A DNA stretch of 48,134 nucleotides, taken from contig CAVOAK010000001.1 of NCBI GenBank assembly GCA_963693665.1, forward strand, positions 1-48,134, written 5' to 3'. A program made the translations under genes and the position numbers. This document shows positions 29,799 through 38,655 of the stretch, piece after piece (within the stretch, counting starts at the first letter, position 1; the number at the start of each line of letters is the position of its first letter). Source of the DNA: Alphaproteobacteria bacterium. GTDB taxonomy: Bacteria; Pseudomonadota; Alphaproteobacteria; UBA8366; CAVOAK01. The notes beneath the pieces are model-generated. The model saw nothing but the letters and a program-made list of their open reading frames with translations. It searched no databases and was not told where the DNA came from.

Positions 29799-31400
29799 AT
29801 GCATCGACGTGCATTTCTCAGTCGTGCGACAGCGCTAGGGTTAAGTTGGGCAACACGCCAAAGATACCTGGCATCGGGATTGACCGCTGGAATTCTGCCT
29901 TTGGGCGCAGTAATTCCCAGAAATGCTGAAGCAGCGCCACGCCGCGGGGGCACTCTGCGGGTCAGCGCGTCGCGGATCCCAAACAACCTAAATCCACTCC
30001 GCCATGGCAATCACGCCGAGTACATGCTGGGTGAAATGTTCTACAGCAATTTAGTCCGCCTGGATGACGACCTAACACCAATTCCACACCTTGCTAAATC
30101 TTGGAGCAGTAACCGCGCTCTTACAGAATGGACATTTCGTTTGCGCCACGGCGTGCACTTCCACCATGGCCCTGAACTTACTGCTGAGGATGTCGCCGCG
30201 ACGTTCCGAGTGCTGCTGCGTAAAGAAACCCTGTCTCCAGCGCGGCGAAACGTGGGGCCAATCGAGAGTATCTCCGTACTTGATCGACGCACAGTTCGCT
30301 TTCATCTCGGCATGCCTTATGGCGATCAGGACATCGCGCTCGCCTATGCGGCAGCAAAAATATTACCGGCGCAGATCCTTGCATCAGACATGCGCAGGTT
30401 CGATAAAAATGCATTTGGAACCGGGCCATTCCGACTGCTTTCATATGACCCTGCTCGGCTCGTCGTCGCTGAACGAAATCCGGATTACTTCATCGAAGGC
30501 CGCCCTTACGTTGCCCGTGTAGAGCAACATATTTTTGCGAGTGTACAGCTGGAAGCGGAGGCACTCATAAGTGGAAAAATTGATCTAATGCTTGAAGTTC
30601 CTTCAACCGATTTTGCACGCCTATCAGCGACGCCTAATATTGAGGGAATTAGGCTCCAATCAGGCCGATTCTTTGACCTTGTCATGGCAAACAATGCGCC
30701 GCCGTTCAATGATTTACGTATTCGCAGGGCTCTACAGCTATCGCTCGACCGTGAGGCGCTGGTACGTGACGTTCTCAATGGCTATGGCATTCCCGGCGGC
30801 GATACGCCAATCATGCCAGCCTATCGCTATTACAGCCCACAGCAGCCGATCATTCGCGACGTTGGCCAAGCAAGAAAATTGTTGGCTAGTGCTGGCTACA
30901 AATCTGGCATTGAGCTGACACTGGTCGCCTCGGATCGACCGGCGAACCGACTCCGTCTCGCGAATGCGGTCAGCGCGATGGCGCGAGAAGCCGGCTTTAA
31001 CATTCGCGTCCAAAGCGTCAATTCGGAAACATACTTGCGGCAGGTTTGGACCAAAGGCAGTTTTTATATTGGTTTTTACAACATGCAACCAAGCGAGGAT
31101 CACATCCTGAGTTTGCTCTATACGTCGAGCGCCCTATGGAACCAAACACGCTGGAACAACGCAGCGTTTGACGAGTTGGTGGAGGCGGCGCGCGCAACGC
31201 AAGACAGTGAAACACGCGTGCACAACTATAGTCAGGCACAGTCCCTAATGAGAAGGGACGTCCCATCAATCATTCCGCTTTTCGTAGATTTTCTTTCTGC
31301 CCGGCGAAAGAAAGTCGCTGGACTTCATTTAGCACCGCTCGGCGTCGCATTCCACCTCGAAGACGCATGGATAGACGACAGTCTTGAACGTAGTGGTTGA
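29799..31400 (+). CDS. ABC transporter substrate-binding protein, family 5 (peptide/nickel/opine type), with a twin-arginine signal
   Basis: The N-terminus MHRRAFLSRATALGLS is a Tat-like RRxFL motif. The body reads GGTLRV...LVRLDDDLTPIPHLAKSW...TFRLRHGVHFHHG, typical of family-5 binding proteins. No permease or ATPase gene lies beside it. Confidence 0.85.
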   Translation: MHRRAFLSRATALGLSWATRQRYLASGLTAGILPLGAVIPRNAEAAPRRGGTLRVSASRIPNNLNPLRHGNHAEYMLGEMFYSNLVRLDDDLTPIPHLAKSWSSNRALTEWTFRLRHGVHFHHGPELTAEDVAATFRVLLRKETLSPARRNVGPIESISVLDRRTVRFHLGMPYGDQDIALAYAAAKILPAQILASDMRRFDKNAFGTGPFRLLSYDPARLVVAERNPDYFIEGRPYVARVEQHIFASVQLEAEALISGKIDLMLEVPSTDFARLSATPNIEGIRLQSGRFFDLVMANNAPPFNDLRIRRALQLSLDREALVRDVLNGYGIPGGDTPIMPAYRYYSPQQPIIRDVGQARKLLASAGYKSGIELTLVASDRPANRLRLANAVSAMAREAGFNIRVQSVNSETYLRQVWTKGSFYIGFYNMQPSEDHILSLLYTSSALWNQTRWNNAAFDELVEAARATQDSETRVHNYSQAQSLMRRDVPSIIPLFVDFLSARRKKVAGLHLAPLGVAFHLEDAWIDDSLERSG

Positions 31401-31406
31401 GTCGTC

Positions 31407-31430
31407 GGCGCCACCCTATTGGGCGGCGCC
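31407..31430. terminator. GC-rich hairpin between convergent genes (possible bidirectional terminator, no clear U-tract)
   Basis: The structure is ggcgccaccc-tatt-gggcggcgcc, a 10-bp stem with one mismatch. It lies between the binding-protein stop (31400) and the gmaS stop (31456). Confidence 0.4.
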
Positions 31431-31455
31431 GTAAGTAAAGTCGATGTAAACTAAA

Positions 31456-32763
31456 TCAGGCGTCGAGCGTGTGATCTCGCTCCCATTGGCTGATTGCGTT
31501 TGAATAACTCTTCCATTCATCGTGCTTGAGCTTCGCGTACGCATAGGTGAACTCTGCACCAAATCCATTTCGAACAACCTTGCTGCTTTCGAAAAGACGT
31601 ATCGCATCAAGCAGGTTAAGCGGTAGGCGACGAATACGGCGCAATCGGTGGCCTTCGGTGTACATATTAATATCAAGGCGCTTACCCGGGTCTCTTTTGT
31701 TCTCGACGCCGTCGAGACCGGCCATAATTACACCGGCCTGCATCAGATATGGATTAGCCGCGCCGTCCATTAATCGCAGCTCAAACCGACCTTCATCAGG
31801 TATCCGCACCATATGGGTCCGGTTGTTGCCGGTGTAACTAATCGCGTTGGGTGACCAGGTTGCGCCGGATGTTGTGACAGCTGCGTTGATACGCTTGTAG
31901 CTGTTGACGGTGGGGTTAAACACAGCGGTAAGAGCGTCAGCAGAGTGAAGAACACCACCGAGAAAACTATACGCCATCTTGGAGAGACCCAACTCCCCCT
32001 TGCCATCATGAAAGAGGTTCTTCTTGCCCGCCTTGTCCCAAATCGAAACATGGGCGTGGCAACCATTGCCCGTCAGGTCAGAAAACGGCTTTGGCATGAA
32101 GGTCGCACGCAGTCCGTGCAGTTCAGCAATCGATTTGGTCATAAACTTGAAGAAGACGTGTCGGTCCGCGGTCAACAAGCTGTCGTTGTAGTCCCAGTTC
32201 ATCTCGAACTGACCGTTGGCATCTTCATGGTCGTTCTGGTAAGCCCCCCAACCAAGCTTGATCATGGCATCGCAAATCTGGCTGACGATGTCATAGCGTC
32301 GCATAAGTGCCGACTGATCGTAGCACGGTTTTTCCTGAGTATCCCGCGGATCTGAAATAGCGCTACCATCTGGGGTCGTCAGGAAATATTCACATTCCAC
32401 ACCGGTCTTTACGTAAAAATCGTGCTTTGCCGCCTTCTCGATCTGCCGCTTTAATGCAACGCGAGGCGATGCCTCAACAGGCTTGCCATCCATCCACAAA
32501 TCAGCGGCAAGCCAACCGACTTCTGGTTTCCAGGGAAGTTGAATCAAGCTGTCGGGATCCGGAATTGCGAACATATCCGGGTCAGCAGGCGTCATGTCGA
32601 GCCATGCTGCGAAGCCGGCAAAACCCGCACCGTTTTTTTGCATACCGCCAATGGCGCGCGCAGGAACCAGCTTGGCCCGCAAGACACCCAACATGTCGAC
32701 GAAGCTGATAAGGAAATATTGTATTTTCTTTTCTTTGGCGATTTTCGCTAGATCAGTAGCCAT
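31456..32763 (-). CDS. gmaS: GlnT/GmaS-type glutamine-synthetase-family ligase (probable gamma-glutamylmethylamide synthetase)
   Basis: 435 aa. It has a GS beta-grasp N-domain (IQYFLISFVDMLGVLRAKLVP) and a catalytic domain (GVECEYFL, NGCHAHVSIW, NSYKRI, NRTHMVRIP). It is the last gene of a co-directional block with the three split glutamate-synthase-like genes. Confidence 0.7.
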   Translation of the reverse strand: MATDLAKIAKEKKIQYFLISFVDMLGVLRAKLVPARAIGGMQKNGAGFAGFAAWLDMTPADPDMFAIPDPDSLIQLPWKPEVGWLAADLWMDGKPVEASPRVALKRQIEKAAKHDFYVKTGVECEYFLTTPDGSAISDPRDTQEKPCYDQSALMRRYDIVSQICDAMIKLGWGAYQNDHEDANGQFEMNWDYNDSLLTADRHVFFKFMTKSIAELHGLRATFMPKPFSDLTGNGCHAHVSIWDKAGKKNLFHDGKGELGLSKMAYSFLGGVLHSADALTAVFNPTVNSYKRINAAVTTSGATWSPNAISYTGNNRTHMVRIPDEGRFELRLMDGAANPYLMQAGVIMAGLDGVENKRDPGKRLDINMYTEGHRLRRIRRLPLNLLDAIRLFESSKVVRNGFGAEFTYAYAKLKHDEWKSYSNAISQWERDHTLDA

Positions 32764-32822
32764 AGTTTATTTTCCTTCCTTATTTTTAGATTCAAATTCA
32801 TCTCCGCCCGCCTGGAATTTTT

Positions 32823-34148
32823 CTAACCGCGATCTTGCATGCCTGGAATCCAATTTGTCCCAGCCAACGGGACTTGCGCCATCGCTGCAGCCTCAACCGT
32901 AAGGGCAACCATGTCCTCTGGCTCAAGATTCAGAACGTGGGATTTGCCGCAGGCGCGTGCCAAGGTCTGGGTTTCCAAAACCATCGTCGCGAGATAGTTG
33001 CGCATGCGTCTCGCGCCGAGTTCCGGATCGAGTCTCTTCTCGAGTTCTGGATCCTGCGTTGTTACACCGACCGGACAACGCCCCGTGTGACAATGATGAC
33101 AGAAACCTGGTGCCGTCCCGAGCTCAGCGTAGCTTTCCTCATAAATCGGCGCGTTACAGTTGAGGGCGATCATCGCTGCCGTTCCGATGGATACAGCGTC
33201 GGCGCCCAATGCGAGCGCCTTTGCGACATCGGCACCACTGCGGATGCCACCGGAGACGATAAGTTGTACTTTGCGGTGCATGTCGAGTTCCTGCAACGCT
33301 TGAACGGCCATGCGCACTGCCGGAAGCGTTGGAATACCTACGTGTTCAATGAAGACGTCTTGTGTCGCCGCTGTTCCGCCTTGCATGCCATCGAGTACGA
33401 TTACATCTGCGCCAGCCTTGACTGCGAGCGGCACGTCGAATTGCGTACGTGTGGCACCAATCTTCACATAGATTGGTTTTTCCCAGTTGGTGATTTCTCG
33501 CAATTCCTGAATTTTGATCTCAAGGTCATCCGGTCCGGTCCAGTCGGGATGACGAGCGGCACTACGCTGATCAATGCCTTCTGGCAGGGTACGCATACCA
33601 GCGATGCGCTCGGTGATTTTCAGTCCGAGCAGCATACCGCCACCGCCAGGTTTTGCACCCTGACCGATGACTACTTCAATGGCATCTGCCCGCCGTAGAT
33701 CGTCCGGGTTGAGGCCGTAGCGTGACGGCAATACTTGGTAGACGAGAAGCTTGGACGCTTCACGCTCTTCGTTGGTCATGCCGCCGTCACCGGTCGTCGT
33801 ACTGGTTCCCATTTCGGCCGCAGCGGTGCCGAGCGCCGTCTTGGCGTTGGCACCCAATGCTCCAAAACTCATGCCGGCAATGGTAATTGGTATCTTGAGC
33901 TCGATCGGCTTTTTTGCGAAGCGTGTACCCAACATAACGTTGGTGTCACAGCGTTCGCGATACCCCTCCAGGGGATACCGAGAGACAGAAGCGCCTAGAA
34001 AAACCAGATCGTCAAATGACGGCAAATTACGCTTGCCGCCGAAACCTCTGATTTCATAGAGCCCCTCGCGCGCCGCACGCTGGATTTCTGCAATTGTTGT
34101 CTCCGAGAACGTCGCGGACGGACGTAGGCTGCGTGGATCGACCGACAT
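32823..34148 (-). CDS. mgsC: FMN-dependent glutamate-synthase-domain protein (N-methylglutamate synthase subunit C / GlxD-like)
   Basis: 441 aa. Contains MSFGALGANAKTALG...GQGAKPGGGG...ITLDGMQGGTAA-type motifs (IVLDGMQGGTAATQ), as in the GltB FMN domain. Confidence 0.7.
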   Translation of the reverse strand: MSVDPRSLRPSATFSETTIAEIQRAAREGLYEIRGFGGKRNLPSFDDLVFLGASVSRYPLEGYRERCDTNVMLGTRFAKKPIELKIPITIAGMSFGALGANAKTALGTAAAEMGTSTTTGDGGMTNEEREASKLLVYQVLPSRYGLNPDDLRRADAIEVVIGQGAKPGGGGMLLGLKITERIAGMRTLPEGIDQRSAARHPDWTGPDDLEIKIQELREITNWEKPIYVKIGATRTQFDVPLAVKAGADVIVLDGMQGGTAATQDVFIEHVGIPTLPAVRMAVQALQELDMHRKVQLIVSGGIRSGADVAKALALGADAVSIGTAAMIALNCNAPIYEESYAELGTAPGFCHHCHTGRCPVGVTTQDPELEKRLDPELGARRMRNYLATMVLETQTLARACGKSHVLNLEPEDMVALTVEAAAMAQVPLAGTNWIPGMQDRG

Positions 34149-34175
34149 TGAAGTAACCTTTTTTAAAATGGCGAC

Positions 34176-34859
34176 TCAGTATGCCGCCGCGTTATCAATC
34201 TTGAAGTTGTATAGCTTGCGAGCGGACCCAAAGCGTCGAAATTTTGTTACATCCGCCTTGATCTCAGCCCGATCGAGTAATTCAGTAAGCTTCGCAACAT
34301 GCTCTGGGGTCATATCCTTCTCAATGCAGTCTGACCCAAGATTCTTCACGTCGCCGCCGACATAGATGACCGCCTCATAGATTGAATCTCCGAGATCGGC
34401 GCCTGCATCTCCGCAAATAACGAGGTTTCCAGCCTGCGCCATAAATCCACTCATATGTCCAACAGAACCGCCGACGACAATGTCCACACCCTTCATGGAT
34501 ATCCCACAGCGCGAGCTCGTATCACCTTCAACTACAACCATGCCGCCATGTCCGGACGCGCCAGTCGCCATGGACGCGTTGCCCTTTACGCGCACCATGC
34601 CGGACATAATATTTTCACCGACACCTTGCGAGGCGTGACCCTCAACAATGACAGTCGCCTCTTTGTTCATGCCGGCGCAGTAATAACCAACATGCCCTTT
34701 TATCTCGACCAAGATCGGTGCCATTAGACCCACAGCCACGGCATGCGCTCCGTGCGGATTGATGGCCTCCCACGACGTCTCATTGGTATTCACGGCAAGG
34801 CTTTGCAGGCGCTGGTTGAGTTCGCGAACGCCATCTTTTGCGATATCAATCGTCGGCAT
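34176..34859 (-). CDS. mgsB: GXGXG-motif glutamate-synthase C-terminal-domain protein (N-methylglutamate synthase subunit B / GlxC-like)
   Basis: ATG at 34859 (MPTIDIAKDG...) gives 227 aa. It has beta-helix repeats such as VEGHASQGVGENIMSGMVRVKGNAS, GGMVVVEGD, VVGGSVGHMSGFMAQAGNLVICGDAG. The start lies 4 nt after the mgsA stop. The longer ORF-track start overlaps mgsA. Confidence 0.7.
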   Translation of the reverse strand: MPTIDIAKDGVRELNQRLQSLAVNTNETSWEAINPHGAHAVAVGLMAPILVEIKGHVGYYCAGMNKEATVIVEGHASQGVGENIMSGMVRVKGNASMATGASGHGGMVVVEGDTSSRCGISMKGVDIVVGGSVGHMSGFMAQAGNLVICGDAGADLGDSIYEAVIYVGGDVKNLGSDCIEKDMTPEHVAKLTELLDRAEIKADVTKFRRFGSARKLYNFKIDNAAAY

Positions 34860-34863
34860 CGCC

Positions 34864-35766
34864 TTACGCCCTAGACCAATTGTAGATTGTCGCCGGCGCT
34901 GGCTCCCAGATCTTTGCCGTATCTGCTCCCGGCAAATGCGCAATCGATCGAAACTCCGACGCCATTGCCACCCAATCGTCTGTTTCCGCCAGAACGGCTG
35001 GCTTACACGCAAAACCGTCGCGAACCACGGCAAATCCGTCTTTCGTGCCGACGGTAAAGGTATAGAAGCCGTCAAGGTCTTTCAGGCCTGCCTCAAGCGC
35101 TTCGGTCAGGCTCGCTCCCTCCCCCATCCGATGGGCTAAATAACCGGCGGCAACTTCCGTATCGTTGTCGGTCTGAAATTCAATCCCACCATGACGCTGC
35201 AACCAACGTCGCAGCCTGTTGTGGTTGGATAACGAGCCATTTTGTACAAGACATAAATCGCGGCCGGTCGAAAATGGATGCGAATGCTCTGTGGTTATCG
35301 CGCTCTCGGTCGCCATACGCGTATGCCCGATGGCATGAGTGCCAGAGAAATCTGCAAGGCTAAATCGTTCGGCCACATCGGCCGGCAACCCTTTCTCCTT
35401 AAACAACTCAATACTCTCACCCATCCCGACGATCCGTAGTTCGGGATGATGATGACCGATCCAATGCCGAACGGTCTCAAGTGGCGCGGCAACCACCAAA
35501 ATTGCATGGCTTGAACGCACTTCGGTCTTAACCTCGACACCCAGATCCTCCGACAATTCGTGTGCTACGTGGTTCCAGCCAAAATCATCATCCGGATGTT
35601 GCAGCGTAAGCTTGATCGAGCCCTCGCTCACCGGATCGCGATAAATCGCAAAGCCAGCGCTATCTGGTCCGCGATTACTCATGCCGATCAGCATCGGCAA
35701 AAATTGTTTCCCGAGATCAGGCTCAAGGTCAGGATTCTTTAAAAACAGGCCGACAATTCCACACAT
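34864..35766 (-). CDS. mgsA: Class II (Ntn) glutamine amidotransferase-domain protein (N-methylglutamate synthase subunit A / GlxB-like)
   Basis: ATG at 35766 yields MCGIVGLF with the nucleophile Cys2. It is 300 aa, and RGPDSAG and GHTRMAT motifs are present. Confidence 0.7.
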   Translation of the reverse strand: MCGIVGLFLKNPDLEPDLGKQFLPMLIGMSNRGPDSAGFAIYRDPVSEGSIKLTLQHPDDDFGWNHVAHELSEDLGVEVKTEVRSSHAILVVAAPLETVRHWIGHHHPELRIVGMGESIELFKEKGLPADVAERFSLADFSGTHAIGHTRMATESAITTEHSHPFSTGRDLCLVQNGSLSNHNRLRRWLQRHGGIEFQTDNDTEVAAGYLAHRMGEGASLTEALEAGLKDLDGFYTFTVGTKDGFAVVRDGFACKPAVLAETDDWVAMASEFRSIAHLPGADTAKIWEPAPATIYNWSRA

Positions 35767-35899
35767 CAGCACACCTTTGCGGGTCAGAGAGGTTCAGGAA
35801 AACATAGGAGAAAAAAAGTTGCAGGAAACTAACGGATAAGCAATAGCTGATCAACACGCCCTAGGGCAGTTTTTTTTGCTGCGAGGCGTATTGACCGGG

Positions 35900-35918
35900 A
35901 TGTGACGTGACGTCACAT
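35900..35918. promoter_or_regulatory. Inverted repeat ATGTGAC-gtgac-GTCACAT (with GTGAC GTGAC GTCAC sub-repeats) in the divergent mgsA / synthetase-2 control region
   Basis: Read directly: atgtgacgtgacgtcacat. It sits centrally in the 329-nt divergent intergenic region 35773-36101. Confidence 0.35.
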
Positions 35919-36101
35919 TAGCGTGCTTCAAATTGGCTGAATATAGCTTCAACTCAAACAACCGAAAGTTCATGGCGAATGCCACAGTGCATGAATGCGT
36001 TGCGACTTTTCGTCACCTATACTTTAGGAGCACTGCTTAGCAGCCAAATCAAAGTTACGCGTAGTTAATCCAAACGTTAAAATCAACACGGGAGTTAGGC
36101 A

Positions 36102-37553
36102 ATGGCAAAATCTGCCAAAACAACAAAAGCGAAAGCCGCCAAGGCAAAAGGTAAAGGCACCGTCAACATCGATCGGATGAAACGCGATCTGATTTCGAAG
36201 GGTGTAAAATACTGTCTAGCTTCCTATGTCGATGTGCATGGTGTTCCAAAAAGCAAGACAGTGCCGATCGCGCATTTTGATCGGATGATGGGTGGCTCCG
36301 AACTTTTCACAGGAGCCGCACTCGACGGACTCGGACAACAGCCCAGCGACGACGAATTGGCGGCACACCCAGACCCGAACGCCGTTTGCATTTTACCCTG
36401 GCGCCGCGAGATCGCCTGGGCGCCGGGCAACCTTAAGTATCACGACGAACCATGGCCGATGTGTTCACGGACGGTGCTATGCCACCAGATTGAACGGGCC
36501 GCGAAAATGGGCTTCCAGTTCAATCTCGGAATTGAATGCGAGTTTTATCTCGTACGCCATCGCGAGGACGGAGGCATCGAACCTCCATACCCCACAGACA
36601 CGCTTGCAAAGGCGGCATACGACACCCTAACGACGTTGGAATCGCTCGACTATCTGGATGAAATCACATCTCACATGAATGAGTTGGGTTGGGACGTGTA
36701 CTCGTTAGACCACGAGGACTCCAACGGCCAATTCGAACTCGATTTCAGATATTCCGACGTTCTCACAACGGCGGACCGCTACGTCCTTTGGCGCTTGATG
36801 GCGAAGGAACTTGCCCGTAAGCGTGGGATAGACGTGGCAATCATGCCAAAACCCTATGCCAACCGCACAGGTAGCGGCGCACATTTTAACATGTCGTTGA
36901 CCTCGTTGAAGACTGGCGAGAACCTTATGGGTAGCCGTACAGACAAACGTGGTCTTGGACTGTCAAAACATACCTATCAATTCATCGCCGGCATTCTTCG
37001 ACACGCACCTGCGATCGTCGCGACGACCTGCCCGCTGGTAAATTCATACAAGCGGTTGATCAAGCAAGGATCGATGACTGGATTCACATGGGCGCCGATT
37101 TTTACCTCCTATGGCGCGAATAATCGCACCCATATGCTGCGTATTCCGAGCATTAAGCCGACGGCGGCGGATAAAAAGGGCGGGGTTGGCACATCAATGT
37201 CATTGACGAGGCTCGAATGCCGCGCGGTCGACCCGGCAGTAAACCCCTATCTTGGTGCTGCCATGCTGCTTGCCGCCGGGCTTGAGGGAATCGAGAAGGA
37301 TCTTGATCCCGGCGATCCAATTGAAGGCAATATGTATCTGAAATCTGACGCCGAGTTGAAAAATCTGGGCGTTGGAACATTGCCACGCACTTTGCTTGAG
37401 GGAATAGATGAGTTCGCCGCAGACTCACTTGGCAAAACCGTCATGGGTGAGGATTTGTTCAAGTCCTTCATCGAGTTAAAGCAAGCAGAATGGTGGGAAT
37501 ATCACAACACTATCTCACCTTGGGAACTCAAAACCTACTTCGAAAGATTTTAG
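36102..37553 (+). CDS. Second GlnT/GmaS/PuuA-like glutamine-synthetase-family ligase, with a Lys/Ala-rich N-terminal tail
   Basis: 483 aa. The GS-family core (VKYCLASYVDVHGVPKSKTVP, GIECEFYLV, SGAHFNMSL, NSYKRL, NRTHMLRIP) is paralogous to the gene at 31456-32763. ATG at 36102 has GGGAG 7 nt upstream. The first 25 aa are MAKSAKTTKAKAAKAKGKGTVNIDR. Confidence 0.8.
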   Translation: MAKSAKTTKAKAAKAKGKGTVNIDRMKRDLISKGVKYCLASYVDVHGVPKSKTVPIAHFDRMMGGSELFTGAALDGLGQQPSDDELAAHPDPNAVCILPWRREIAWAPGNLKYHDEPWPMCSRTVLCHQIERAAKMGFQFNLGIECEFYLVRHREDGGIEPPYPTDTLAKAAYDTLTTLESLDYLDEITSHMNELGWDVYSLDHEDSNGQFELDFRYSDVLTTADRYVLWRLMAKELARKRGIDVAIMPKPYANRTGSGAHFNMSLTSLKTGENLMGSRTDKRGLGLSKHTYQFIAGILRHAPAIVATTCPLVNSYKRLIKQGSMTGFTWAPIFTSYGANNRTHMLRIPSIKPTAADKKGGVGTSMSLTRLECRAVDPAVNPYLGAAMLLAAGLEGIEKDLDPGDPIEGNMYLKSDAELKNLGVGTLPRTLLEGIDEFAADSLGKTVMGEDLFKSFIELKQAEWWEYHNTISPWELKTYFERF

Positions 37554-37800
37554 ATCGCGGCGCCGAAAGCTTAATTTTGAGTCGCTCTTGAGTGGCTTTT
37601 ATAGTGAGGGCGCCTTCACCGAGCGCGGAGTATGATTTCGTTGTTAGCAGACAATGCCGCATTTGTGATCGCGACATTGTCTACGTCAGCGTTGCTAGCC
37701 CGCACCCGCGCTTGACGTAGCGCAATTTGTTGTATTGAGTGCCCGAAGCGCAGGGGAAATAGAGCTTGAAAATACATTTAACACGACGAGGAGGCTCTAG

Positions 37801-38655
37801 ATGAGAGCCAACTGGGGGCTGGTTCTTTTACCGCCGCTCGTGTTGTCAATGATTCTCCTTTTTGGCCCGCAGATAATGTTCTTGCGGGCGAGCTTCTTTG
37901 AAGACCTCGGCATCGGCCGACTCGGCCCTGACATCACCTTCGTCAATTACATTCTCGCCTTTACCGATTCGTTCTACTACGAATCACTTATCCTCAATTT
38001 CCAACTATCGGCTAGCGTTACGTTGCTCTCGCTGTTTGTCGCTTTTCCCGTGGCCTACCGGATCGCCCGGATGACGTCACGATGGGCCATGATTGTCTTG
38101 GCCGCGATCATTGTCTCAGCCTTCCTCTCCGTGGCAATCAAAATCTTGGGCATGATGATCCTGTTCGCTGCCAACGGAGTGCTGAACAGCTTTCTGTTGT
38201 GGACCGGCATAATCACAGACACAATTGGTATAATCGGGACCATACCCGGCATCATCTTCGGACTGGTCCATCTTAGCATCTCCTTCAAAGTACTGATGCT
38301 GTTCAGTGTTATCCAGACTGTGCCGCGCAGTCTGGAAGAGGCCGCCGAGATTCACGGAGCCAAACGCTGGCGGGTTTACTGGCGGGTTGTCATTCCCTTG
38401 AGCCTGCCGGGTATCATCAGTGTGTCGCTACTTTCGTTCAACCTCGTCATGGGCGCGTTCGTCTCGGCATTGGTCCTTGGCGGCGGCAAGATATTTACCC
38501 TGCCCGTGCTGATCCAGCAATCGCTCATGCTGTTCTCCGAATTCGGCATGTCGGCTGCTCTTTCGGCGCTTCTGATGTTGTTCGTGTTTACGATCAACAT
38601 CATCTCTGTGATCCTGGTCACGAGGGTCCACGCAGCTAGATTGGCAGTGACATGA
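37801..38655 (+). CDS. ABC transporter permease (PotB/PotH-like)
   Basis: 284 aa with 6 hydrophobic segments and an EAA loop (SLEEAAEIHGAKRWRVYWRVVIPLSLPG). GAGGAGG lies upstream of the ATG. Confidence 0.9.
   Translation: MRANWGLVLLPPLVLSMILLFGPQIMFLRASFFEDLGIGRLGPDITFVNYILAFTDSFYYESLILNFQLSASVTLLSLFVAFPVAYRIARMTSRWAMIVLAAIIVSAFLSVAIKILGMMILFAANGVLNSFLLWTGIITDTIGIIGTIPGIIFGLVHLSISFKVLMLFSVIQTVPRSLEEAAEIHGAKRWRVYWRVVIPLSLPGIISVSLLSFNLVMGAFVSALVLGGGKIFTLPVLIQQSLMLFSEFGMSAALSALLMLFVFTINIISVILVTRVHAARLAVT

Noticed and set aside
35773-36101. Sigma-54 (TGGCAC-N5-TTGC) promoter in the mgsA / ligase-2 intergenic region, expected for nitrogen-regulated genes.
   Set aside because: The nearest candidates (TTGGCTGAATATAGCTT on the plus strand, TGATCAGCTATTGCT on the minus strand) have the wrong GG-to-GC spacing or lack the GG. 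No acceptable match was found by eye.
37620-37720. Possible PotA-like C-terminal remnant (CDRDIVYVSVASPHPRLT*) in the gap upstream of the permeases.
   Set aside because: The resemblance is only a few residues and is not enough to annotate a pseudogene. It is kept only as a note within the missing-ATPase finding.
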